A stretch of DNA of 59,842 nucleotides, the filler included, from Dugesia japonica (taxonomy: Eukaryota), in the NCBI GenBank assembly GCA_001938525.1. It is 6 parts of 6 records of this genome, joined end to end, with 100 filler letters (N's around TTAATTAATTAA, not from the genome) between each part and the next. Parts side by side here need not be neighbours in the genome. Positions count along the whole stretch, not along the records: positions 28,702 to 40,401 come from MQRL01646806.1; positions 40,502 to 50,918 come from MQRL01617824.1; positions 51,019 to 59,842 come from MQRL01626277.1; 3 more parts are not named here. One strand, given 5' to 3'. The notes under the pieces were generated by a model, which saw only the letters and a program-made list of their open reading frames with translations, did no database searches and was not told where the DNA came from. Position 1 is the first letter of the stretch; every line of letters starts with the position of its first letter. Position numbers and translations under genes: made by a program. Of the stretch, positions 40,014-52,590 are shown piece by piece.

Positions 40014-40401
40014 TAACACTTTCCTTTCTTTTCCGGACAACGTCTGCTGATATGACCTATCTTCTGACATGACCAACCTTTAATTTATCTTTTAACTTCA
40101 CTTTGAGTTCGGTTAACTCCTGTGAAACGTGATTTTGCCATGCCTCTTTTTACTGCATTGCTGTAACTCTCCATCGTATTTATATTGTCTGTTTTTTAAG
40201 GTCCTCGTTTAGTTTATCATTTTTTTTCATTGTTTCAAAAATCTCTTAAGAGTTGGCTAGTTTGCTTTCTTTTATTTTTATTTGTATCTTTTTATCGCGG
40301 CAACTATTGAAAAAAATTCATTTTGTCATATCTTCTTTATCTAGTTTGTGTGCAAAGATTTTATTGACCAGTGCTAAAATCTTTTTCTTGTACACATAAA
40401 C
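40014..40401 (-). mobile_element. Gypsy-like gag remnant
   Basis: Degenerate Zn knuckle (G)WSCQKIGHISRRCP. Confidence 0.6.
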
Positions 40402-40501
40402 NNNNNNNNNNNNNNNNNNNNNNNNNNNNNNNNNNNNNNNNNNNNTTAATTAATTAANNNNNNNNNNNNNNNNNNNNNNNNNNNNNNNNNNNNNNNNNNN
40501 N

Positions 40502-41790
40502 AATAATAAACAGCCAATAACTCCTTTCGTGTAATGCAGTAGCCTTTTTCATGACTTGTCATTGAGTGTGATCCATAAGCAACAACTCTTTCTCTTCCCT
40601 CTTTATCTCTCTGTGACAATACTGCTCCAATTGTAACGAAACTGACATCTGTATCTAATATAAATTCTTTGTTTATGTCCGGAAAACACAATATTAGTGC
40701 AGTCATTAGAGATTTTTTCAGACCCTCAAAAGTATCGTTTATTTCATCTGTCCATTCTAATTTTTTGTTGCTTGGTCCGCTACACAACTGCTCTTATATC
40801 TTTGATTTTCTTGGTAGTTTTCTATAAACTTCCTGTAATAATTACAAATTCCCAAGAAACTTCGTAATTATTATTAATGTTTATTAATGTTCAAATAACA
40901 TTCTTCTGATCTGTGACCCGGTCTTTTACATTTACTACATACAATTTCTGTGCACATCCTTCTGATTTGACCAATCTTACCACACCCAAAACATTTTGGT
41001 GGTTTCTTGTCTGGACGATTTCTTCTTAAATGCTCTTTTTTGTGACAAGTTCAACATTCCATATGTAAATCTTTTGGACACTCTCTTTTTGTATGCAATA
41101 ACCCTGGCATGTCCAACACTGTGGTTCTGTTCTTTTTGTAACTCTCTCAATATTTTGTCTCCTTTCTTCAAAACATTCTCCACGCGTTACATCAGCGTAA
41201 CTCTTTATTACGTTAATAGATTCTCTTCTTTATGTTTTTTCAACCAAAGATAACGTTTCTTTTATGTCTTCTACTTTTTCTAATTTTCGCATGGTAATCT
41301 CTTCTTATGCATTTTTACTTATTGCACAAATTATTAGCATTTTTGATAAGAATTTTTCTTTCACCAGCTATCCATTTGCTAAATGTTTATCGACCAAATC
41401 TTCCACTTTTAAAAAAAACACCACATGTTCTTCATCACCTCGTTGATAACTTACAAGATTCTGTAAATCTTTTATTATGTCTCTCTTGCTCTCAAAAGCT
41501 AATCGCAGTCTCTCTCGATATCCATCAGCTTTTTTCAATGTCTTTACATATGCTTCCATTAAATTTTCAGGAAGCATACATGTTATCCAACGTTCCTGGT
41601 CTTTCTTGACAACGATGTTCTTTGCCTCAAAGTATATTTCACACCGTTTGATAAACTTCTCTAGATCATCGCCTCTGCAAAATATTTTTGGCAACAATAT
41701 TTCTGTGATTGCATCGGTGTTTACCGCTGCCACCATGTTAGTTACGTTTTGCAAACTCATCGAATCATTGACATTAGAATTCAAATTCAT
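40502..41790 (-). mobile_element. Decayed Ty3/gypsy element (gag plus RT-RNase H fragments)
   Basis: gag-like ORF 41790-41368; EFILDTDVS--TIGAVLSQ...VVAYGS..EKGYCITRKELLAV RNase H motif. Confidence 0.85.
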
Positions 41791-42169
41791 TATTACGATT
41801 TATTAATATTAAAAACTATCACAACACTATTTGAGTTTTTAAACAAATTAAATTCCTGTTTTAAATTGGTGATCGTTTCTTAAGATTTTTTTAAAAATTT
41901 ATTTAAAGCCATTTGATTTTTTATTAGGATTTTTTAAATAAATTTTATTTTTAATTTCAAAATTTAAAACAATTACTAATTAGTCATTTGATTTTTTTAA
42001 AATAAATTTTCTGTTTACTTATTAAAATTTAAAAACAATTAGTTATTCATCATATAATTTTTCATTTCAATTTAAATCTTTTTCAAAAAATATTTTTTTA
42101 AAAAAATATTCTTTCTATCTGATTCTTTAATAACACGTATACCTCTTATTGGTGTTGTTAGTCTTAAAA

Positions 42170-43480
42170 CAAATTTATTTTAAACATATTCTATTTGTAA
42201 TATAATTTGATGACTATTTTTAAAGTGGTTTATTGACATTCTGACTCGCCCTCACCAAGTTTTTATAAGAAGTTTAAGTTGTGGAACTGTATTTCCATTC
42301 AACCATTCTAAACATTCTAGAATTTAAGGATTACATTTTATGGATTTTTTAATTGCAACAAAACGTAAAGAATTTATCATTACAGATTGTGTGAATTTAC
42401 AAGAAATAGTAAGAAGTTTGAATCTTTGTACTACCGTCTGAATACTATATTCATCGCGCAAATCTGTTAGTCCAACACCGCCATCATCAACAGATGCAAA
42501 TAAATAGCATCTTTCAGATTGATTTTGAAGGTTTAGAATTTTTGAAATTGAAATATGAGTTTGCTATTTAAATTATATTTAAGATTTAGTATAACGAAAA
42601 GTTGAAAGTCTAATTTCTCGAGTTCTAATAGCAAAATTTAGACTTGGATGTAGAAATAGCTTGTAAGCAAGTAGTTTTTGCCAGTTAAAAAGATCCGAGT
42701 TAGCTATATGTTCAGTGTCATCAACCAGTTTTTTAATAAATTCCTAAGAAAACTGATCAATTTCATAACCTTGTGGAACACCTAAATATTTATAAAATTC
42801 TTTATTTGAGATATTTCTGATAGGAGAGCCGTGAATATGTAACATAATGTTTGGATTATTAATAACATCTAAAAATGCACATTTTTCAAGCCGGAAAAAA
42901 CATTCCACGTTTTGTGTGATGTAATCTGCATGATTAATAAGCTTTTGTAAATCCTTAGAATTGTTTGCAATTAGTACAATACCCTTGGCATATGCAAACA
43001 CTTTTAATTCATTCGAATATTAAGTGAACAAATTGCTTCTAGAACTGGATTATTAGCGATTGAAAATAGGGTCATCGATAGTAGACAACCCTGTTTAACA
43101 CCTCTTTTAACTGAAATATTTTCAGTAGTGATTAGCCCACACGTGTAAGTAAAGCTACAATTAGTATAAAATATTTGTATTAGATGAAGAAAGTCACTAT
43201 TGACACCAATATGATCTAAAAGGGACCAAATATATTGGTGTGGAATACTACCGAAAGCATTTTAATGTCTAACCATGCTATTGATAGATTAATATTTTTG
43301 GAATATTTCGCTTGTTTAAGAGCAGCTGTTAAAATTACATTGTGTTCAATGCAACCTTGAAAAATGGAGTTTTCTTTTTGATTAGGATGGAGTAATTTGT
43401 GTGATTTAACCCAACAAGTTAAACGACTATTTAGAATAGAACATAAAATGTTAAAGGAAGTAAACATCAATGCAATATGT
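42170..43480 (-). mobile_element. Decayed non-LTR retrotransposon RT (RLE clade, R2/NeSL/R4-like)
   Basis: GCIEHN, AWLDI-NAFGSIPH, GVKQGC-LS, AYA(KG)IVLIA, YKYLGVP, GGVGL. Confidence 0.8.
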
Positions 43481-45223
43481 CTACGAAATATATTATCTTC
43501 TCAATACTTCGGGCATCAAGTGGTCCGTTATGGAGACCTTATTGACCACTACCTCCATATTAGGGGTTGTGCCTACATACCTTACATAAAGAACACTTTC
43601 TTCTGAAGATAACATTTATTTCCTAAAACAATTGGCGTACAATAAATAAATGAATTGAAATTCTATTTACAAAATTAAAATAATATAACACAGTATTATA
43701 TGTCAAAAATGGAAAGATTAAAACAAGAGTACTGAAAACTTTCTAAAAGAAAAGAGACAAACAATTATACCTTTTTGAAGAAATGTTTCAATCAAAGAAA
43801 TAAAAATTTCGGATGACCAAATTTGTGAAACAATAGAAAAAATGCATAAGTCATACATGATTTGAAAAGATGTATGAATATATGAGAGACCAATACATTG
43901 CGAATAATAAATGAAACCAAATACAAGAGATAAAAAAATTGAAGTATGAAAATTCCATATTTATTTTATTATTAATTCTCTGTACATAATCATCTTTTAA
44001 GACATGAAAATATTCAATAATTTCTTCTTAATTTAAGAATAAACAACAAATTTCTTCTCAATTCAAAAACCTGAACAAATAACGAGTGGGAATCTAATTA
44101 TTTGGCATTGTTTTTAAGAAATCAACAATTTTAATTTTTTGTCAATATTTATTATTATCAGTTCGATAATCAATGAAACAATTTTTCACTTCTGTTATTT
44201 CGAAAAAGAAATTTCGATAAAGAACATTAAGTATAATCATTAATAAAATAAATGATGCGAAAAAGACAATAATATAAAATAAAATAAATAAATTATAAAA
44301 TATCTCAAATTATCATTGTACTGAAATAATATTTCGGAAAGTCTTTTTAATAATATAATTAAATTAAATACATATTATTAATAATTTTATTATAATTAGA
44401 AATTTTAAATATTGTTATTTATTTTTAAAAATGTTTTCAAATATTAAATATTAAAATTATTTTTTTAATTAAATCAGCTTATATTAAATAAATTATATAA
44501 TATAAATTAATATAAAATTTAATTAGTAGTAAAGAAAATTAGAAGGAAAGTTTATGTATCAACTAATTGGAATGCAGGAAAAAACGGTTTTTTCACCATG
44601 AATTTTTGTATGGGTTTTCGTGTATGCGTGTAGAATTTCAATCGAGCACTGAGTCATTTATTGCCTCTCACTGTAAGCGTGCATCTTTTGGTGGTTATCT
44701 AGCTACTTACAAATTAGTTTCATTGTAGGTAATAACAATCGGTTAAAAATTACGCAATCTGATTCATAAAACGTTCACCACAGAACACAAAATAGGTTAC
44801 CACGCAGACAACACTGAAACAACTTATCAGTTATCGCACAGTTGACTTCAAAAACAAAGACCTTATATTTTTCGGCGATTCTATATTTCATTAATTTTTT
44901 ACGGACAATACGAATAGCTAATTTGTTTCACTGTGCAACAATTATTAGGCAGGTAAATTGAATTAATTATAGTTTTTGAAATGCATTACATTTGGAAGGT
45001 TATTTGATTTGAGTATTTATTGCGAGATATTTATGTGTTGCATTCGTCGTACCTCGATATGTTCTTTGTATTAATGAAATTTTATTTATTATTTTGTTTA
45101 ATCTAAGAAATTATTGTTTATTTCATTAAATTTTTTTAGGGCAATTAAAATGATGTATTTCGTTTTAATATATTAAAGATTTTTGTGAGTAACTATAATT
45201 ATTAACATTTTTAATATGGAATT

Positions 45224-45260
45224 CAATTCCTGACGAAGACAAGGTCGAAATATCGAATTG
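45224..45260 (+). ncRNA. Minimal type-I hammerhead ribozyme (solo pLTR-like)
   Basis: Perfect 6-bp stem I CAATTC/GAATTG, CTGACGA 45230-45236, extra A, stem II GAC/GTC, GAAA, palindromic ATAT stem III, AUC triplet; AATAAA at 45273. Confidence 0.8.
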
Positions 45261-47162
45261 TTATCAAATTTCAATAAAAAAACAAACATTTGATCAAAGC
45301 TTTTATTTTAAATGAATTTTTTTAATATATCAATATTATTTATTGGGATTATGAGTATGTTTTTAAAAGCGAGTTGAGATTTTTGTGCTTTGATTGGAAA
45401 TTAGTTTTGTTAAAAATCTTTTATTTAATAATTGAAAGTAACAAATTAATAAAGAAATTAAATTAAAGTTTTGTTACAAAAATTGTGTAGATTTTTAGAA
45501 ACTGCAATTTTGTTTTAAAATTTGGAAAATTAAAAATAATATTTTTGTTTTAAAATTTGGAAAGTTAAAAATGATATTTTGAATTTATTAGAAAATAATT
45601 TCTATTTAAAGCATGAGGTTTTTATTTGTTTGAATAAACTTATAATGTTGTTATAGTTTCGTTTGTGAATAAATTTTGCTATGGAATTGAGTTTTGATAT
45701 TAATGATCATATGAGTATTACAAACTCATATAAAAGGATAATTTTAAAAATGATTATTTTTAGTTAATTTTTTAATAATTTAAATTTTAAGTATAATAAT
45801 TTTAATTTGTAAATTTTAAGTTGAAAATATTTTTAAGTTTTAATATTTTCTCTTTGTAATTTTAAAGTTGAAATTTTAAGTCAGTAAACTTTATAAGTTT
45901 GTGAATTTAGGTTTTGAAAATGTTCTTTTGGCTGCTGTAATTTTATTTCGAGTGTTACAATTTTGCTACTTTTATTTGCATTTCAGATGTTCTAATTTTA
46001 TTTGAAGTCAGTAAGTCGATAGGATAGAAAAAATACCATCCTCCTCCATAGTGACTTTGAGATTTAGATTATCGTTTTAGTTGGAAAAAGGTTTCTAATT
46101 TTTTTGCGGTAACTTCTTTAAAATTCTATCAAAAATATTTAAAAATCATGGCGCTTTTGCACTGATCCAATCAAATTTAGTACCTATGCACGCGGAATGT
46201 ACTAAATGTGATAATCAATATTCATAGAAAACACTTTTAGCTGTCAAATTATTAATTTTCTCATTTTCGAATCGAACGTGGTGAGACCTTCATTCTATCT
46301 ATAAATTGCATAAAGAACGTTTCATGTAAAGTGCTTCTCAATATAAATGGTAAGTCTACAATACCATATCTGATGAGTTATCACGCATTTAATAAAAAAA
46401 ATGTCCCAGTTTTTTTATTTACATACCAATCACGAGGAATTTTGTATCGATAGATGTATAATTGTATGACACACATTACCTTAATATTTTCAAAGCCACA
46501 AAATTAATACTTTAATCAATATTAGGAAAAAAACTGTCCAAACCATTTTGAAAAACGGTTTACAAACAAAACATTTCTATTAGAGTCCTTGAAGTTTTGA
46601 TATCACTGAATAGAGAATTGAAAAAAAGTATACATAGTAAATAAGATTTTTAAACAATTAAATTACATAAATCTCCCAACATATCCTAATAAATATTTAT
46701 CATTAAAATTAATAATTGAGTGACGGAGTCGTATCACGTTTCGCATATTCCCAAGAAATGAGAGAATGAAGATATTAATTAGGGAAATTATTAAACTCAA
46801 ATATACTATGGTGACAAATAAAATATCAAATTTATATATATATGCATATGTAGATTCATATTCTTACGTAAATCTAGCCATTAATTAATCGATTCAATGT
46901 TTTCTTGAAAAACCATGATTTTTCAGTCACCTTTTATAATTTTTATTTATTTGAAGTATCATTTTTAGTTTTTTCAGTTATTCTCGGATTTCTAACAGAT
47001 ATCTGTCATCATAATCAATTTCCTTGTTTAACACACATGAAGTTTTCAAAATTATAAATTTGAAATAATATTTAAGTAATTATAAACTGAAAACAGAATA
47101 TCAATGAAATTATTTCAATTTGACATATAATCTACTGAATAATAATCAGTAGATTAATTTTA

Positions 47163-47205
<43 letters not shown>

Positions 47206-47300
47206 TAATAATAATAATCATAATAATAAAAAATAATAATACCAGTAGTAATAGTAATAGCAATAATGATAACAATTAATAATATTTATAATACTGATGG
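47163..47300. repeat. (AAT)n microsatellite, degenerate 3' part
   Basis: Run of AAT units. Confidence 0.9.
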
Positions 47301-47448
47301 TATTAAGAGACGAGTGGTGATAAATATGATAAATAATAATTACGTTATTGATAATAGCGGTAATAATAATAAGATTACCAATGATCGGACTAATAATTAT
47401 TTAAACTAACCGAATATCTTTTAGATATTTTACTTTGGCCTATGCCTA

Positions 47449-48509
47449 TGTGGGTAATTGTTAATAGTGAAAAAGTAGTTGAGAACATTTTAATTTTAGA
47501 ATAATCGCAAATGAAGAACAAATCAGTAATAGTTTTAAATAATTTAATTATTAACTTCAAAACAAATTACAATAGAAATTAATAACAACGATAAATACCG
47601 TCTTGTTCAATGACTACGCTGGATGGGAATTGACGTTGAAAATTATGCAATGTGTAGGATAATCGATGCGAATCGATTCGATCAGGACACAACAACGTTT
47701 AGTAAATCTCTGGCTTGTTTATATACTAATTGTTGTCAGAGAATTAATCACGGAATTGAGCAATTAGCGATTTAGAATGCAGGTGTAGTCGAGTAATTGG
47801 ATGTCAATTAGGATGAATTTGACAACTAGCTTCCAACCGAACGTTGATTGTCATAATTAGAGTGAGATTTTCCTGAGTAGAAGTCGATGACTTGTAGTTG
47901 TAATTGCTTGAATTAGGATGATTGATCAATTTCTCGATGGATTATTTTGGATGTTCACTGATAATTGCCTGTCAATTGTCGTAATAATTGTTCGATATTA
48001 GATCGGTTGAATTATATTTGAGGTTCAATTTTCAAATTGGAGAGGAATCATAATCAACTTGTACTTTTGTAGAAATATTGAAGTGGAAATTTCGTTTTTC
48101 GTAAAATTTGATTATTTGACAAACTATGAATTCTCTTGAATGTTTTACATTTTTTAAGGGTGGTTTTATTTTAAAAGCACGAGTCCTATTATACTCTTTT
48201 TAAAGTATCACCCTATCCTGGTTGGTAGATTATTGCGATTTAAAAGGGATCCTTTTTGATATTTTGATTCTAAATTTAGATTTATTTTTTGACTAATTCC
48301 CCTTTATTATCCAGAATATAATTGTTAATTTAGATTTTTCTTATTTAATCGGAACAATTTGAGAGCTTTATAAGAGATTATTAGAGATTTCCTTAATAAT
48401 AACTTGATTTAACCATTAATAATTTTAGTTTTATGGGTAACTTTTATTAATTAATTGGTTTCTCTTGCTAGTAATTAACGATGATAAACATGGTTGGGTT
48501 CTGTCCCAA
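47449..48509 (-). mobile_element. Possible solo LTR between (AAT)n tracts
   Basis: Non-coding, relatively GC-richer block; minus-strand ends TGGGAC...CCCACA; TATATAAA near 47718-47725. No TSD verified. Confidence 0.25.
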
Positions 48510-48522
48510 TAATAATAATAAC

Positions 48523-48577
<55 letters not shown>

Positions 48578-48627
48578 NNNNNNNNNNNNNNNNNNNNNNN
48601 NNNNNNNNNNNNNNNNNNNNNNNNNNN

Positions 48628-48692
<65 letters not shown>
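48508..48692. repeat. (AAT)n microsatellite with internal gap
   Basis: Run of AAT units. Confidence 0.95.
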
Positions 48693-48693
<1 letters not shown>

Positions 48694-48789
48694 GTTGTTA
48701 TTATTAATATCAATAACCGAATTACAATTATTTTCCAAAAATTTATCAAAAGTTTATCACCCTATCAATTTTAATAAAAAAATAATATA

Positions 48790-49600
48790 TTTCAATTGAA
48801 TTATTTACAATAAAATTCAATAAAACAATTTGCACTTATTACAGAATTACTATCTTTTTTTAAAAACCGCTCAACAAAATTTGCAATATTTAAACAACAA
48901 TTCTTTATTCAACTTTTTTAACAACTCTACAAAATCTAACCATTACAAAACATTATCAAAGCAAATAGTAAAAATTAAAATATTCTTAAACACAAATCCT
49001 CATATCCCCCCTTTTAAGAATTTTTTAATTTTTTCCAAATTGTGAACCAATCTTCGACTATCGTCTCTCACTATAGCATAACGTCTCTCGTGAATTTGTT
49101 CTGTAATCTTGTATGGTCCTTCGTATCTTTTCTGGCCTTTGTCTCTCGTTTCTACTTCAACTAAAACTTCATCACCTATTTGAAAATGTCTTCTTGTCTG
49201 ACTTCGTTTTCTTTCCAATTCGTTGTGATCCATTTTTTCTTCGAAATATTTTTCTTCTGTCCAACGTTCCCTACTAATCTGCCGACCGAAAACCATCTTT
49301 GCAGGACTAAAACCATTTGTTTTATGTTTGGTTGCATTTAAAGCAAACTCAATCTTTGGTAAAATCTCCGCCCAATCCAACATTCTTCTTTCCTTTATTG
49401 TTGCGTTCAAGAAATTCCTAATTTTTCTGAATAAGCGTTCAATTTGAACATTCGTTTTATGAGGATAAGGACTCCAAATATTCCGCAAAATATTCAATTT
49501 ACTCGAAAACTCTTTCATCTCCCGAGATTCAAAAACTTTCCCATAATCGAAATGAATTTTCCGGGAACAACCAAATCTTAAAATCTAATTTAATCACGCT
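48790..49600 (-). mobile_element. Gypsy integrase C-terminus, polypurine tract and start of 3' LTR
   Basis: SPY-H-TN--IER-FR, W---LP-IEFALN-T----GFSPA---FGR, YEGPYKI (GPY/F); PPT AAGGGGGGATA at ~49003-49013. Confidence 0.85.
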
Positions 49601-49929
49601 ACAGTTAATCACTCGACACTTTATCATCGGCATTTAATCAAAAAAACTCTTAATTAGGCAACGTTAATATATTTAATTTATTAATAGTACAATTCAATTA
49701 AATCAATATAATAAAATAAATAAAATAAAATACATTTTACAATATAAAATTATTAATTAAATGAAATCTGTGCAAAACTACGTAAATAAACTGAAATTTC
49801 ACTCGACGAATATATATCAACTGTATTTATTTACTCTCTGTTTCATTAACTTGTACCTTTAGGATACAGTATGTTGAATGTTAGATATGGTAGATAGATA
49901 TGAGCGCACCAAACTAGGGCCCTTCGAGG

Positions 49930-50918
49930 ATTCATTGCTGTTGAATACGTTTACAATAGCCCGTTTTTTATTTAAATTTGCAGGTGTTTCTATACCAGAC
50001 AGCCGACACATATTTGAAATTTTTGTTACTTTAAAATTGATTTCTAATATGCTACTGAGAATCCAATTTGATCACAGCTTGCTCCGGATGGTTATTTTCT
50101 TATTTAATTGACTTATTCCATCCTCTAAAAAATCATCGGTAAATGGAAGTGCATGATTCGATAATCTTCAAGGTTTTATGTTGTCTACCTTTACGAATTC
50201 CACCATTATACCAAATTGTATCTTCACATTTTTAATTTGGTTAATTATGGCAAATAATCTATATATAAATTTATTTGGTAATACAATTTCAGTTGTTTGC
50301 CATTTTGAGATATTCATCTTCAAAATCTGATGACATCTGTACAAATCCGACTAAATTTCTACATCTGTTATTGAATCTACATCTACCGAGCCACCGACTA
50401 AAACCTCTTCATTTATTACTTCCCCATTAAATTCATATACAATTTCATAATTATTCCAATCTTCTTCTTCTACAACCTGACAATCTTCGTCCACCACATC
50501 CCGACAATCTTTCTCTATAATAATACAATCACCCTCTTCTGTATTCTGGTTGTCCGCTTCTTCCTCCACAGTCCGAAAATCCTCTTCTGTAATCTGACAA
50601 TCCTCTTCTTCTTCAATCCGACCATCCTCTTCCTCCACAGTTTTGTCATCAAACAAAATGATAACGTCATCTTGCTTCCTTTTCTTTGTTGGAGAGCCAT
50701 TCATTTCATTTTCACTTATTTCCTTAAATAATATTTTCTTATTTCTAATAAACTGTGTTAAATGCTGTGCATGCTCTATAAAAAATTTAAAATATGTTCC
50801 TACACTTATTGTTTCACAGTTGGGACTGATGTAGTATCTTTTCCCATAATACCATTGACCATAATATTGCTCCATAATAGTATGACAATGGTTATTATCT
50901 ACTGCATTTGAACAGTAT
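49930..50918 (-). pseudogene. Decayed N-terminal part of a second Maverick/Polinton pPolB (acidic linker, TP, start of vOTU)
   Basis: One frame from the scaffold end through ORF 50875-50351 and across three stops: EI*SDL...KNVKIQFGIMVEFVK...KL*SNWILSSILEINFKVTKIS...IETPANLNKKRAIVNVFN, parallel to GSGW...YIKLP..GVINIEN of the pPolB at 9289. Confidence 0.75.
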
Positions 50919-51018
50919 NNNNNNNNNNNNNNNNNNNNNNNNNNNNNNNNNNNNNNNNNNNNTTAATTAATTAANNNNNNNNNNNNNNNNNNNNNNNNNN
51001 NNNNNNNNNNNNNNNNNN

Positions 51019-52450
51019 ATCATTTTTGGACACAGAATAAGTGTAGAAGGAATAAAAACAAACGAAACTAAGATTTAGAAAATAAAAAATGCCGAAGAAC
51101 CGAAATGTTCATCTAAATTACTATAGGCGTTTTATCAAGGATTACGCCAGAATCACAACACCTTTATATGAAGCTATTTCAGGATGTGACAAAGCCTTGA
51201 TGTAGACAGAAGCATGCAGAAAAAGTTGTGAAAACTTAAAAGACGAGTTATGTAATGCACCAATTCTAGATAGAAAATAGAATGTTTGTCCTAGATACTG
51301 ATGCAAGTTTTGTAGCTATTAATGCAGTGTTGAACCAAAGAACGGTAGATAAAGAAGAGGCATATGAATCCAGGCACCTCACTGCTCATGAAAAGTGCTA
51401 GTGTGTTACAAGAAAAGAATCGCTGGCATTACATGAATATGTTGTACATTTCAAGCAATATCTATATGGAAAGAGTTTCTTAGCAAGAACAGATCACAAA
51501 GCACTGATATTTACGAATAACACAATAAAAATCGATAAAATAATTATTGGTGGCCTGCAATGATGGAGCCTATAAAAAATAATTTGAATGTGTCATTTGT
51601 GCAAAAAGGAACATTGATCAAGGAAGAACGAAAAAAGTGATGTTACCTAGAAAGTGTCAAGATATTTGGGAACAAATTGTGGTAGATATTGCATATATGG
51701 AAACAGTGGCATCAGGAAAAATATAGATGGTGGTGATAATCGATCGGTTTAGCAAACTAGTAAGTATATCGGCGGTATCAAAGATAAATGAAGAAACAAT
51801 TTTCGAAATGATTTTGAACAAATAGATATATCGTTTCGGCAAACCAAAGAGCATATTAACCAACAGAGGAAGAGTCTTTGAGAGAAAATACATGTCAGAA
51901 AAGTTAGCAAAATTTAATATTAAACAAGAGTTCAGCTCTTCGTACCAACACCAATCGAATGGGCTAGTAGAAAGAATGATTCGTACGATAAGAAATATGA
52001 TTACAACTTCACTTAAAGGAAATTGTAGCGAGAAAAACTGGGATGATTTTGAGTTCAGTATAAACGCTACTGTTCAAGAGTAGACGAAATTGTCGACATT
52101 GGAGATTATTTTTGGAAGGCGGATAAATTTGCATGCAAAGACGGAAACCATTTCTAAAAACAAAACAGTTAATCTAGAGACAGTTGAACNNNNNNNNNNN
52201 NGAGCAGCTAGTAAAATGGCAAATTTTGAAAATGAAAAGCGTGGACAGAGAATTTTTAAAGTGGAGGAGTGAGTTCTAGAACCAGACAAAAGAAAGAAGA
52301 ATGATTTCTAATATGAAGGACTATATCAGATAATGATGTTAATATCAGATTGACAAGTATAAATCGAATTTCCTCACGGTTCAAAGTACAGAAGAATAGA
52401 ATGGCTAAAGAAGTGAAAAGCATTTTGAAGAAGGGGAGAGTTACAATGAT
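51019..52450 (+). mobile_element. Decayed Ty3/gypsy pol (RT-RNase H-integrase) with PPT
   Basis: FVLDTDASF, TRKE, YLYGK-F--RTDHKAL, QIVVDI, IDRFSK, SSSYQHQSNGLVER; PPT GAAGAAGGGGAGAG at ~52427-52440. Confidence 0.88.
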
Positions 52451-52590
52451 TAACACTTTGTTTTAATATTATTTAGAAATTGGTGGAATTTTGATTTTAA
52501 TAAATATTGTTATATTTAAACGAAGTCTGATTTTGAAAGGAACTTAACTATTATTATTATTATTATTATTAAAATTTAATCAAAAATTAA

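Noticed and set aside
44929-44955. Tc1-like TIR CACTGTGCAACAATTATTAGGCAGGT
   Set aside because: No partner TIR or transposase found nearby.
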